Below are positions 45,692 through 64,000 of a DNA stretch of 64,000 nucleotides, one piece after another. The stretch lies in NCBI GenBank assembly GCA_012295275.1, contig CM022677.1, positions 22,940,001 to 23,004,000 of the forward strand, written 5' to 3'. The notes under the pieces are model-generated. The model was not told the origin of the DNA and made no database searches. It saw only the letters and a list, made by a program, of their open reading frames with translations. This DNA comes from Chrysomallon squamiferum (lineage: Eukaryota; Animalia; Mollusca). A program made the translations under genes and the position numbers. The number at the start of each line of letters is the position of its first letter. Position 1 is the stretch's first letter.

Positions 45692-48146
45692 ATGAATCTA
45701 ATACTTCTATTAGTCAATGGTTTGTATATCTCTTATCAATAATTGATTATTTGAAATGATTATTTATTATTATTATATTTAATCATAATAATGGTAATAG
45801 TAGTAGTAGTAGTAGTAGTAGTAGTGATAGTAGTAGTAGTAGTAATGGTAGTAGAAGTAATTGTAGCTGTAGTAATAGTCGGCAATATCATCATCATCAT
45901 AATGGTATACAGTGAGATTTCAACAGTAAAATTCTGCACTGCATTTGTAGACAGACTCGTACAGACTGACGCTGCAGTGGACGGCGGGTGGAGTTCATGG
46001 AAAACCATAGGAAGAGAACCTGAATGCGACAAGACTTGTGGAGAACACGGCAGACGTGAAGTAACTCAGAAACGAGAATGTAATAATCCTCCACCGTCTT
46101 CAGGATGCAGACAGTGCGAAGGTTCTGATCGTATAAGATCCATTGAAGTACTTTCTGGTTCCTTAGAGCCCTGTCCAAGTATTACTATATCATCGTTTTT
46201 GTTGTTATTTTAGTTGTGTATTATTTCAGAATAGTAGCTGTACTAATGACAGTCTGGTACCGAACCATTTATTCTATTCAAGCACTAAATAAACATAACG
46301 ACACGGAGATGGACAAAATCCTGAACGTTGGTGACGTCCTCCAAACAGATTTTCTTGATGGAGGATAATAATGGTGAATGTGTTACAGTATATGACAAGC
46401 ACAGAACCACGTCATCGCCGACATCATATGTCTCGTCCTCTCTCAGCGCTGAAGCATCGCGACATCCTTAATATCTGATAATTTCCATTCCAAGGTCGCC
46501 TTATTGGTTTAGTACTGTTCTAGTTGTTGTAAACTGTTTTATTATATATATATTTCTACAGAGTAAACATTAACACATAAAACTGTCAGCGAAATTTTCA
46601 GTTTATGCAGTTTTATGTTTTTGACTAAGAGACCTGTAGTGTTGTATGTAAAGGTGGAGAAATTTACCACATTACCAAACCGAACTAAACTGAAGATATT
46701 TTAGTAGCAGCAGTTTGGTAGTAACAGTAGTCGTACTAGTAGTAGTAGTAGTAATAGTAGTAATAGTGGTAGTAGTAGCAGTATAGTACTAGTAGCAGTA
46801 TAGTACTAGTAGTAGTGGTAGTGGTAGTAGTAGTAACTGTGGAAGTATTAATAGTAGTAGTAGTTATTGTTCTTGTTGTTGTCGATGTTCTGTCCATTAT
46901 AGAAATACTGTAATAACTCTTTTTATTATTTTATTTTATTTTTACATTTTTCTTTTCCTTATGCATGTGTGAGTGTGTTTGTGTGTTTTTAAACCTATTC
47001 TGTATGTTATATTGTGTAGATGATTATGGCGTCTGGAGTTCTTTGTCAGTAAATATTTTACTAGAATTTGAACGTGTTCATTCAAAATATTCTTGATATC
47101 TGAAAAATCGTTAATATACATGGGTATGTACGTTTGTGGTCTATACGTCTATGTATTTGTGTGTAGTTGAGTTTGTGTGGTTCAGTTTGTGTGTTTGTGT
47201 GTGTGTGCGTGCGAGTCTGTTTGCGAGTTAGAATTACAAATTTATTAATTAATAATTTCAGTCGTATCATTCTTGTTTTCTCTGCTAAGTTCATGGAAAG
47301 TGGTCAAGCTGGTCGGAGGTCAGTCGTTCCGACTGTTCCGACGCCTGCAACCGTACGGTCATTTACAGGAGAAAATGCACTCACCCCCCGCCATCCGCAG
47401 GAGGAGAGGCTTGTCCTGGTGCGGGTTTTATTTTTCAATTTGAAGAATGTTTTGATGGAAAATGTTGTAAGTCAAGTTATATATATATATATTTATACTT
47501 ATATAGTTATTTTTCGAAAACTTCAGCGGAAACCAATCTGGTACAGCTTATTGTACATTTGAACGTTTTAACTGATTGAAAATTGTAATATCTGCCCACG
47601 TGTTGGTACTTGCATACTGCTTATCTAACAAGGAATATAGCCGCGTGCCCTTGTGAAAAGTCTTCAAAAAATTCAGTAATTCGATAACTAACAATATTTT
47701 ATAACATCAATAGAAAAAACCCAGTTCGTTCGTTTTCTTCTACTTTTCTTTATAATTTTTATATTTTAAAAGATTCATCGATTATCTGAAAAGCAACACC
47801 CTCGCATCCTTTCCTCGTATTTGTAACCAATCGTATCAGTCAGTGACTTCAAAACTGAAATCTGATGAAAACACACCAAGACAAAATGTCAGTGATTTCA
47901 AAACTCAAATCTGACGTAAACATACTAAGACAAAAAGTGACTTCAAAACTGAAATCTGACGTAAAAACACTAAGACAAAATGTCACTGACGTAGCTGGTT
48001 TTACGACCAGCCTTCCCTTACTGCCCTAAATTCGTTCGTTAATATTTAACAACTTACTTACAAAATAAAGCTGTCTGTAATTGAATATACATATTTGTTA
48101 TGGTAACTGTTAACTTGTGATTATTTGCATATATATGCATGTATGT

Positions 48147-48184
<38 letters not shown>

Positions 48185-49537
48185 AATATATATATATATA
48201 TGTATGTATGTATGTATACAACTTCTAAGTAAATATATAATTTATTATTATTATTATTATTATTATCATTGATATTATTATTATTACTATTATTATTATT
48301 ATTATCATTGATATTATTATTATTACTATTATTATTATTATTTTTATTATTATTTTTATTATTATTATTATTATTGGTATTATTATTACTGCAGTGACAA
48401 AAGAAACTAGTTCTGAAAAGAACAAACATTTAGTAATGACTGTTCCTCTCTTGTTTCTGGTTGTTCCTGTTCTCTGCTGCCTTTACTTCAGGTGATGCTT
48501 TCTTTATAATTTCCAGTTTAAATACGTTGTCTTTCATTTGTTTACACATACATACATACATACATACATACACACACACACATACATAGATACATACATA
48601 CATACATACATATATACATATACACACACATACACACACATACATACACATATACATATATGAATATGAATAACGTGTGAATGGGTGCCATACATTCTGG
48701 TCAGGGTTTGTGACGTGATTGGACTTTGTCCTCCTGCGCCAGTGCGTTATCGAATATTGTCTATGTGCAGAGTCTATTCACATCTACATAAGACAGAGAA
48801 TATTCCAAAAGCTAACACTACATACATACACACATACTAATTCACTTATTTTCTAACTCCAGTACTGAGACAATGTGTATATTTCCGTGTCCAGTGTGTG
48901 TCTTTAGCTGTCTGTGTGTGTGTGTTTTTCGGTACGTACTTAAATAGGTACGTCTGATAAAACGGTGCTTACTTTATTGCAGGTGTTTAATTTTATTTTA
49001 TATATTTATTTTATCTATAATTATTTAACAAGAATGCATTTGTATTTTATTTGAAGATATAGAAGACGGAAACCTAAGGAGAAGGAGTCTATATCTAAAT
49101 CTAAGCGACCAGCAGAAGCATCAGCACCAACACCAGCACCAACAACAACATCATCACGACGACAATCAAGAACATCATCACGATCACCATCACGAACATC
49201 ATCACGACAACAATCCCTATCACCAAGACCAACATCATCACGAGGACCATCACTATCACCAAGACCAACATCATCACGACGACCATCACTATCAGCACGA
49301 CCAACATCATCACGACGACCATCACTATCACCACGACCAACATCATCACGACGACCATCACTATCACCAAGACCAACATCATCACGACGACCATCACTAT
49401 CACCAAGACCAACATCATCACGACGACCATCACGACGACCATCACTTCACCCTCATTCACATCACCGATTGCCCTCAAACAAAAGCAGTCGTCATTTACG
49501 TAAAACATCAGATCATCGAAATCGATTAAAAAAGTAG
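45692..49537 (+). pseudogene. G6: degenerate or variant duplicate of G4 (2 intact TSRs; ORF still open, ~336 aa, if the broken exon is skipped)
   Basis: Signal exon 45692-45719 with a 21-nt deletion (MNLILLLVN); TSR 45951-46178 (Cys>Ser and Gly>Cys changes); second TSR reduced to ~22 nt at 47020-47041; TSR 47290-47466; TM 48395-48491; tail 49057-49537 intact. Confidence 0.65.
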
Positions 49538-49749
49538 AAATTAAAGAAAATACAAAAAAGAAACTGTATCTGGTCATGTTTCAATGCTTATGTGTTTACA
49601 AAGAATTTAAATGTCAGAAAGTAATAATCAGATGAGTTCCCTGGTGAACTGATGATTAATGATGTAAATGATATTCTATAAAGTCTGAAATCACCCTGTT
49701 ACCACAGGGTGTGGTATCATAGAACCAACTGATTGCAGCCAAATTTCGA

Positions 49750-50190
49750 TTCAATACTTAGAGAGAGGTCATATGATGGCTAACTATGACATCCCCTTCC
49801 CACCATGATGCTGCTGCCTCCATCGATCCGGTGGCGTCGACTGACGTAGTTTACACCAGGACGTCTGTAGACGCGGGTGAGGCAGTCGTTAGACCGGAGA
49901 GTGAGACTGGTCCAGTGAACTCTTTGTCACTGACGAGTACACGAGTCCTGTCTAGCCTGTAGCTGGTGTGCAGGACTGCGCGCATTCCTTGAAACACAGT
50001 CATAGTTATTTCTTTCACTGTGCTTTCTTTCACTGTGCTCTGGGGAGGGTCTTTCTCTACGTGAACGACCTGTAACAGAATTCTTTGCTTCGTACGATCG
50101 GGACAGTGGATCAGTGAGGCGTCTGATAACCCGTCTCAGATTTTCATTTAAACGGGTATCGTGGATATGAAATGTATGTGCAAACATGAT
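49750..50190 (-). mobile_element. Duplicate of the Tc1-like remnant
   Basis: Near-identical to 37150-37570, carried by the segmental duplication. Confidence 0.6.
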
Positions 50191-50593
50191 AATGAGGCAA
50201 TTTTCGAAAAATCAGCTAAAACTCATCAGACCTTTTGCGTTGGCCCTAATGTTCTGTCAACCAATACTAATCTACAAAATCAATGATAGAAGGCTTGATT
50301 TCATTAAATCTAAATCTGTTAACATGTAATAATATCAAGAGTGACATTACGAATTAGCTAGTACAATGGACATTCAGATAATGTGTTGTTGTTTCTTTTT
50401 TTTAAATGTCTTCTGAGTCTTAAATTATTTTGATTACTATATATTATTTGCTCACTCACAGACTCACACACTTACACACACTATGTGTGTTATACAGCAC
50501 TGTATATAAGATAATATGTTTTCGACAATCCACCATTCTTCTCTGGCTTGTATAATACCATGCTATATCTCGCTAATTCCTGAATTACTTTCC

Positions 50594-50684
<91 letters not shown>

Positions 50685-51200
50685 CTATCTCTCTCTCATA
50701 CATGCACAGGCATACACACACACACACACACACAGAAACATACAGACATACAACTGGCATATTAACAGATCGCGTCAACACAGAGAAAGAACTACATTGT
50801 TTTACTTCACGATTCCTATAGATAACGTACTACACAAATTTGTGACGTCAGTAATGACCTCATATTTTTATAAAACGACAAGTCCAAGATCCAGGAAGTA
50901 TTTTGAACTGTACATTACCTAATCAATAAAACAGATGACAAATGTTCACTGCATCTGTTTGGTTTCGGTAAAGAAAATAGTTTGAAACTGCATACGGAAG
51001 ATGATTATCAGCTTTATGAATTATAGTTGTTACGTTAGCGAATATGAGATAGAAAAAGTTAGGGATTATAAGTCGCTCTATCTGTATGTTTTTTGTTTTT
51101 ATTTTCACCTGTACATCTATACGTTTATGTCAGTGATGTAGATCATAAGAATTTATTTTGTTCAGAATAAGGAACTCGATAAAAGGTAGAAAGTCCACTA

Positions 51201-51308
<108 letters not shown>

Positions 51309-51385
51309 ACTGATTCTTTTCACCGTCATCAACATAATCATCATTATAATAATTATATTTTATTATATTGTCAGAATACAGAAAA

Positions 51386-54300
51386 ATGAAGCTTGTTACG
51401 AAGATTCTTATAGGCTATGCGATACTCGTAATAAATGGTATTTATTTTGTTTTAATACGAAATTATTTAATTATAATTATATGAACAGATACATAGATGT
51501 TTATAGATAATACACATACACAGACCCACACAGACACATATATACAAACATGAGTAGGTTATAACTGACTATATATATATATACAAACACACAAACACAT
51601 ACACAGTCATACATATATATACATACATAAATTCATTTATACATACATATAAGTATATACATTTAGTATGTAGTAGTAGTTGTAGTAGTAGTAGTGATAC
51701 CAGCAGTAATAGCAGTAGCAGAAGTAATAGTAGTAGTAGTAGTGACAGTAGTAGTAGTAGTAATAGTAGTAATAGTGATAGTAGTAATACTAACAGTAAA
51801 TATTTCCTCTGCATTTGTAGACAGACTCGTACAGACAGACACTGCAGTGGACGGCGGATGGAGTTCATGGAAAACATTAATTATAGGACCTGAATGCGAC
51901 AAGACGTGTGGAGGATACGGCACACGGCTAGTAACTCAGACACGAGAATGTAATAATCCTCCACCGTCTTCAGGAGGCAGTCAGTGCGAAGGTTCCGGAT
52001 ATAAAAGTGAAGTTACAGAACAGTGCGGTTCCCCCAAACCCTGTCCAGGTATTACTCTTCGTAATACAGAAGTCGTCAACTAGTAGTCGTTCTAGCTGTT
52101 GTTTCTAATGATAACGACAAAGAAAATGTTAGCGTTTACGTAGATATTTTGTTTGTCTTCAGTGATAAATTGCAGGATCTCAAATACAGACTTTATTTTA
52201 CTGATAGCCTATATTATTAGTGTGTACTGCTTAAAACGAAAGTATATACGTTTATCTCTTTTTAACCATTAGAGGGAGTATGGAGTATGTGGTCAGTTAT
52301 TTACAAAGGAAGATGTAGTGCTACGTGTACAGGCGGACCCGTTTACCTGCTTACAAAACGACGGACCTGTATGTCTCTAAAGGGAATAGACGACTGCATA
52401 GGACCCAGAGTTATAAACGAAACACTTCTATGTCAAACAGGACAAGACTGTCCCGGTATTATTGTTGTCGTTCTTGTTCTCGTTGTTGTTGTTTATGTTG
52501 CGGTTGTTTACTATTTGGTAGTAGCAGAAATTCTTTGCAGACATTTTACTAAATATTTGCTACGAATTTCTCTGTTTGTATGTGTGTGTGTGTGTGTGTG
52601 TGTGTTTTTTTGCTTTGTTATGTAAATGAACAAGTCTAGTGAGGACAACCGTTCAGTTCTTTTAAAAAGCAAAGAGCTTTTAATTTCTGGTTAAAATAAA
52701 TAAATAAAACGCAAATAAATTCAATTAAGGTTGGCTCTGGCTGAATAATTTTAGTCTGAACGAGGGTTTGTTTCTTATGTTTCTTGGCAAATCAACAATG
52801 CAGTCTGAAAATCAACCAATCAACAATCCAGATCTCCTGACAGTGTTCAGTCAAAATGTTCCCAATAACAGTGTTAAACACTACAAACAAAGAAACTAAC
52901 AAAATAATAATAATAATAATAATAATAATAATCATAATAATTAATTAATCAATAAATAAATAAAGAAGGATAAAATAAAATAATAATAACACCATTACAC
53001 AATTATTTAATTGGTACCGAAAATGCGATTGAAAATAAGCGAATTAAAAATAACACAAAAGTTAGACAAAATAGTGAATAGGCTACGTTTTGTTCAGAAA
53101 CGAGGATTAATTTCGTTTCCACCGTCTAAATTCTGACACGGTGATTCAGGAACAACACAATATCAAACACGTATACAAACATCTGTCTGTGTGTGTGTAT
53201 ATGTCTGTGAGTACACCTATAATGTATAAGTAAATAATCTTGTTTTCTCTGCTAAGCTGACGGACACTGGACAACGTGGTTGCTGTCTCCACCATTAGAA
53301 TGCCCGGAGGAGTGTAAGCGCACCCGCATTTGGAAGAGAACGTGCACCAACCCACCACCGTCTGCAAGCGGGAAGACGTGCGCGGGTGTTGGAAACAAGA
53401 ACGATACTGAAAAATGTTTTGGTGGAAAATGTGGTAAGTAGTAAATTCTTATATATATATGTATCTAAGTATGGAAGGATGTGTGTATATGTATGTGTTA
53501 TATATATATATATATATGTATATATATACGAACAGATATTCATACATATATATGTTTTATGTGTGTCTGTGTGTGTTTGTATATATATTAGTAAAAATTA
53601 GTAGTAGTAGTATCTGTAGTTGTTGTAGTAGTAGTAGTTTTAATAGTAGTAGAAGTAGTAGTAATTGTAGTAATAGTCGGCACGATTATCATCATTATCG
53701 TATACAGTGCGATTTCTACAGTAAAATTCTGCACTGCATTTGTAGACAGACTCATACAGACTGACGCTGCAGTGGACGGCGGATGGAGTTCATGGAAAAC
53801 CATAGGAAGAGAACCTGAATGCGACAAGACTTGTGGAGGATACGGCACACGGCTAGTAACTCAGACACGAGAATGTAATAATCCTCCACCGTCTTCAGGA
53901 GGCATTCAGTGCGAAGGTTCCGGATATAAAAGTGAAGTTACAGAACAGTGCGGTTCCTTCAAACCCTGTCCAGGTATTACTCTTCGTATTACAGAAGTCG
54001 TCAACTAGTAGTCGTTCTAGCTGTTGTTTCTAATGATAACGACAAAGAAAATATTAGCGTTTACGTAGATATTTTGTTTGTCTTCAGTGATAAATTGCAG
54101 GATCTCAAATACTGACTTTATTTTACTGATAGCCTATATTAGTAGTGTGTACTGCTTAAAACGAAATTATATACGTTTATCACAACTCTATTTTTAACCA
54201 TTAGAGGGAGTATGGAGTACGTGGTCAGTTATTTACAAAGGAAAATGTAGTGCTACGTGTCGAGGCGGAGCAGTTTACATGATTACAAAAGAACGGACCT

Positions 54301-55240
54301 GTGTTTCTCTAAAGGGAATAGACGACTGCATAGGACCCAGAGTTATAAACGAAACACTTCTATGTCAAACAGGAGAAGACTGTCCCGGTATTATTGTTGT
54401 CGTTCTTGTTGTTGTTGTTGTTGTTGCGGTTGCTTGCTATTTGGTAGTAGCAGAAATTCTTTGCAGACATTTTACTAAATATTTGCTACGAATTTCTCTC
54501 TTTGTATGTGTGTGTGTGTTTGTGCGTGTTTTGGTACTTTTGTAGCTGTACAGCTGAACAAGTCTAGTGAGGACAACCGTTCAGTTCTTTGAATTTTATG
54601 CTAGTACTTAAAATAAAAAAATGCAAATACTTAATTTAATTAAGAGAGATTGGTTCTGAGAGATAATCGTAATAAAATACTTGCTAAAACATCTCCTAAC
54701 GAGGGTTTGCTTGTTATGTAAATCTTGCACACTCACTGCTGCTGGTAAAATAGTGAATAGGCAGGCTACGTTTTGTTCAGAAACGAGGATTAATTTCGTT
54801 TCCACCGTTTAAATTCTGACACGGTGATTCAGGAACAACACAATATCAAACACGTATACAAACATCTGTCTGTCTGTGTGTGTATATATGTCTGTGAGTA
54901 CACGTATAATGTATAAGTAAATAATCTTGTTTTCTCTGCTAAGTTGACGGACTCTGGACAACGTGGTGGCTGTCTGCATTAGAATGCCCGGTGGAGTGTA
55001 ACCGCACCCGCATTTGGAATAGAACGTGCACCAACCCACCACCGTCTGCAGGCGGGAAGACGTGCGCGGGGGTTGGAAACAAGAACGATACTGAAAAATG
55101 TTTTGATGGAAAATGTGGTAAGTAGTAAATTATTATATATATGTATCTAAGTATGGATGGATGGAAGAATGTGTGTGTGTGTGTGTTATATATATATATA
55201 TATATATACACATTAATAATCTAAAATGCTGATTATTAAA

Positions 55241-55337
<97 letters not shown>

Positions 55338-56297
55338 GTCTTGCTGCACTTTGTTGCACTCTGCCTTTCTCACATTTTCTTTTCTTACATTACTGCTACT
55401 AGTGTTACTTCTATTTACTACAGCTATTATTTTTTATCTACTCACTTTTATTTTATGATGATGGAATGAATTATTATTATTACTGTGTTATCATTATTAT
55501 TATAGTGTCATGGAAGTTGGATAACGAAAGAAAAAAGAGAATTTTGATAATTTCGATCACGATGTTATGTTTTGCTTGTGCTGTCGGATTGTACTGCAGT
55601 TATTTAAGGTATTTTCACTGTACTAACATAGCTCTGTTGTCTGCTTTTTTTTTAAATCATTTTGTTATCGATGATTATATTAAGAAATGTATCTTGTAAG
55701 TATAAAAATGTATTATTGTTGTTGTTGTTGCTTATGATGTTATTCATATATGTATGTATATGTCTGTATTATTATTGTTATTATTATCATTAAAGCGTTC
55801 AGTGCTTCTTTCCTGTGTATTTTAACATAAGTCTTGTTGTAAACTGCTGGTAGAATTGAGATGCTGGTTGATTCCACTCAAATTGCTTGTGTTTCGCTCA
55901 GCCATTTTGTAATTAGTTCTCTGCGACTGTACGTTTATCTGCAAGATCTATAGAAAATCGAACACCAGCTTTTACCACTACTAGCTTTATCCAGAGTATG
56001 AAGTTATAAAAAAAAAAAAAAAAAAATTCTTCTTTTTGTCATTTTTTGAATAATTAGCTAGAATTGTATACGTATTTATTTCTTGACAGACACATGAAAC
56101 GAAAAAAGAAGCAGAATGAAATAAAAGCAATTGACCACGTTAGTCGTTACGAAAATCTCCGAAGGAGACTTCGTAGAACATCGGAACTCCTTTTCCCGAC
56201 AACACGTGTGGTGACAAAGCAACAGCTTAAGCGAGAAAAGACAAAAGGTGCTGCACAAGACAACCCTTCATTTGATACACATGATGAACATATTTAA
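51386..56297 (+). CDS. G7: paralogue of G5 with 6 TSP1 repeats + TM + longer tail with SRYENL and NPSF (~511 aa)
   Basis: Exons: 51386-51437 (MKLVTKILIGYAILVIN); TSRs 51821-52048, 52273-52455, 53257-53433, 53746-53973, 54205-54387, 54944-55117; TM 55506-55608; tail 56090-56297. Indels relative to G5 are in frame (3 nt, 3 nt, 96 nt). Confidence 0.82.
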
Positions 56298-57058
56298 AAA
56301 GGAAGATGATGTTGCAAAAGACTAATTATTATAATACACATACAAACATAAATATATATTAACCGACACACACACACATCATATATATATATGTTACAGT
56401 GAATCTGAAACACTCATTATTACGCGTTACGACTCAAAATGTGCAGTTCATAAAAACGACTGAAAATCGTGATTAACGATGAATGAAGTGATTCAAGTCT
56501 GACTGTACTGACACTTACATGAAGACTCTTGATAACAATACATTTTAAGAGAACATAAAGTAAACACTGATTTTACATAAAGTATACACTAATTTTTACA
56601 TAAAGTATACACTGATTTAAAATAGTATCTACAACAATACTTGAATATCAAAAGAAAAGGCTCTGGTAATCGAAGTTAGAGAAACTTTTCTGTTATTTCC
56701 CGTACAGGAAATTCGCGAAAATACTGACTTGTTTGGCGTTACGCTTAATGACTGGTTTCACAGGTTACTGTAACATTATCTATGTATGTATGTATGTGTG
56801 TATGTATGTATGTATATATCTATGAATGTATGTATCTATGTATGTAGATTGGCAGGTATGTGTGTGTATGTCTCTGTGTGTTTGTTTATGTGTTTGTGTT
56901 ATGGATTTGATTAAATAGGGATTTACACTAAGAGTTGCCTCAGAGATACTTTATTTAAAACTTATGAAATCGGTATTTTAATAAATAAATAAATAAATAC
57001 AATTTGATAATCAACATTTATGTTTTCTTCTGTATTTCATTCATTTATATAATCAGTC

Positions 57059-57104
<46 letters not shown>

Positions 57105-57224
57105 TCCATACATATAAAAGTATGTGCAGTTAAAATAACACTAATTTTGTGTTTACAAAGTAAGCTGCTCTATGCTACTTCTGCTATTACTACGACTACT
57201 ACAATGACCATTCTCCACAATCCA

Positions 57225-57264
<40 letters not shown>

Positions 57265-57543
57265 TATATTTAGATGGTCTACTGATTTAACAGTTGATAG
57301 AATTTATCAAAAAGAAAAATGTTACTTAAAAGTATATTAATATTTATGTTGTCATTAGGAAATGTTAAGTAATACATTGCACCCACCCACTACACAAATA
57401 CATGGGGAACAATGGAGCATAGGTTTAAGAGATCAGCTTTATCTTGCAAAGGTAGCCATGCAGTTAGGTTCTTTTTTTTTTTATATGTTTGCAGTAAAGT
57501 ATATTCCACACAATGTACTTTTGTGCTCAATCCATTTATTTTG

Positions 57544-57566
57544 TGACGTCAGCAATTACCTCATAA
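57544..57566 (+). promoter_or_regulatory. CRE + TTACCTCA module upstream of G8; copy at 44713
   Basis: tgacgtcagcaattacctcataa ~690 bp upstream of the ATG, same spacing as in the G5 module. Confidence 0.5.
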
Positions 57567-58230
57567 CTTCACATGTTTTTTTTATATATGAAATGACGAG
57601 AGCAAAGGTCAGGCTGTGACCTTAAACAGTGATTAAGGTGTCTGTAAAATTCTACAATAGGTGACAAATATCTATTTTATTACAGATTGTTTTGCGATGT
57701 TGAAAAAATTACTGTTAGAAACATGTATACGCCATTTAGAAGCCGTTAATCGTTATTATAAGATGCGGTTTCTAATAACAACTAACGCTGATGTATCTAG
57801 AACGAAAATAAGACAGGTGGGTACTGGTAATGGTTATCCAGTCGTGAAATTTATCTCACTTAAATGACTTAAAATTTAATTTAAGAGCTGAAGAAGGTGA
57901 CATAAGGACTTCATTCTCTCTTCTGATTCTATTTAGCAATCGTCTAGAATGTACACATAATTAGTAAGAAAAATTATTTACTACAGATTTAAAATATAGA
58001 AAAAATATATTGTGGCTAAGCTGAAATCGATGTTAATCTTTCTGTTTGGCTCTCTCTGTGTTTCTGTATTAAGTTATTGGTCGTCAGTATAAATTATTTT
58101 TATAATAAGAAAAAATCTAAAATAATAAATGATTATTATTTAGTAATAGTTTACATCATCATCATTATCATTATTATTACCAATAATCTTATCAATACTG
58201 ATTCATTTTTACATATTTAGTGAAAACAAA

Positions 58231-62455
<4,225 letters not shown>

Positions 62456-62614
62456 CCAGAAATGATCTAAAATTATTTTTTTATTTTGTTTTAATAAAAT
62501 AAGAGAAATGCTGAATAATAAAAAGAAGTGTGGTATAAAAAAAAAAAAAAATTAAATGTGAGATTTAAAAAAAGATAAAAGTTATTCACGAAAATGCAAA
62601 TAATAATAATAATA

Positions 62615-62649
<35 letters not shown>

Positions 62650-63319
62650 AATGACGATGATGATGATGATGAAAGTAAAAAGACTGTAATACTAAGTAGA
62701 AAAAGAATTAAAAACAGACATGCTGATTCAAAAATAATAATATTGATAATAAAAACATAAACGTTATCTAATTTGACTAACATGTATTAAAGTTTTGATA
62801 AAAAAAAAAATAATTAAAAGTAATTTAAAAGTAGAAATAAATGTATTCCTGTGATATATTCAGAAATATATAAATAGTAATAGTAGTAATAATTTCAGTC
62901 TTATTAGTATTAAAATAGTAATATTAATAATAATAATCATAAAAACAGAATGGATATAGGTGTTTTCTGTTGTTGTTGTTGTTTGTTTTGTTTTTTTCAG
63001 TCCTGAATAACAACGATACAAATCTTGTATAACATTTTATACGAATAGTTTAATTTTAATTTTATTTTTATTTTTATTTTGCTCTTGACCTCATTAAAAT
63101 TATGTAGTCATCAAAACAAAGATGACCCCTTTATCCCGGCAACAGCAGAGTGACATTTGGATGATAATTAAAATAGTTCTGGACCATGTCCATAATTCAC
63201 TACTATTTCATTTGTTTATGAAAATTGTGTTTATTAATAATAAAATAATTTCCTGATTGTATAATAATTGAAAAATGAACATGCATTTAGCTCACTCTGT
63301 ATTTACTTATATTTATATT

Positions 63320-63355
<36 letters not shown>

Positions 63356-64000
63356 AATTAAAATTAAAAATATAAATAAAAAGGAATAAAAGTTATATAT
63401 TAATTAGTCCCAAATCCTGAATTTTGTTTCTGTTTCATTTGTCTTATCCTTATTTAAGAAAATAATAATAATAATAATAAAAAATCAAAATATCGATGAC
63501 TTAGTTATATAATGCATCTAAAGAGTATATTAATTTTATTTAGAATGAAAACAAATGTAGGAAAACACTGAAAATGGTATTGCTTGCTCATAAAGACTAA
63601 ATTAATATTTCTTTTCTTTAATTATAACTTACAGTCTTCATAATTGCAGAACACATCAACTATATGTATCCATTATTTTTGTTACTTCCATGCATCTAAG
63701 CAATATATCTTTTAATTCAGAATTTAAAAAAAAAAAAAAAATAAAATTTCTTTCTTCAAGTGACTATTTAATTATTATTAGTGGTTGTTTTTATTATTAC
63801 AGGTACAGCCTTAAGTGTAAAAGTATTTTACCATTATTTTTATTGTTGGTTGAAATTGCCAGACAGCCCCAGGAAGAATCTGGTTTTATTTAAATTTTGT
63901 TTGAATTTTATTTATTTATTTAGTTTTTTTGTTATTATAGTATTATTATTATTATTTTTATTATTATTATTATTATTATTATATATTATTATTATTATTA

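Overview
AT-rich, microsatellite-laden eukaryotic genomic DNA with GT-AG introns. It is probably from an invertebrate such as a mollusc, but the species cannot be determined from the sequence. Most long ORF-track entries are microsatellite artefacts. Manual exon tracing shows a cluster of eight related genes for single-pass type I membrane proteins: signal-peptide exon, variable number of phase-1/phase-1 thrombospondin type-1 (TSP1/TSR) exons, transmembrane (TM) exon ending in phase 2, and a cytoplasmic-tail exon. Minus strand: G1 (4140-10452, N-terminal GON domain + 4 TSR), G2 (13073-15063, 1 TSR), G3 (17931-29106, 15 TSR including a near-identical A/B exon array). Plus strand: G4 (3 TSR), G5 (4 TSR), G6 (degenerate copy of G4), G7 (6 TSR, paralogue of G5), G8 (mucin-like segment + 3 TSR). 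G4/G5 and G6/G7 lie in a ~13 kb tandem duplication. The cluster shows exon gain and loss, a chimeric exon, a strong excess of amino-acid-changing substitutions between duplicated TSR exons, and divergent tails (ITIM-like motifs, NPxF, RRxS arrays). It is a candidate diversifying recognition-receptor locus. All gene models are predictions from splice signals and reading frame only, without transcript evidence.
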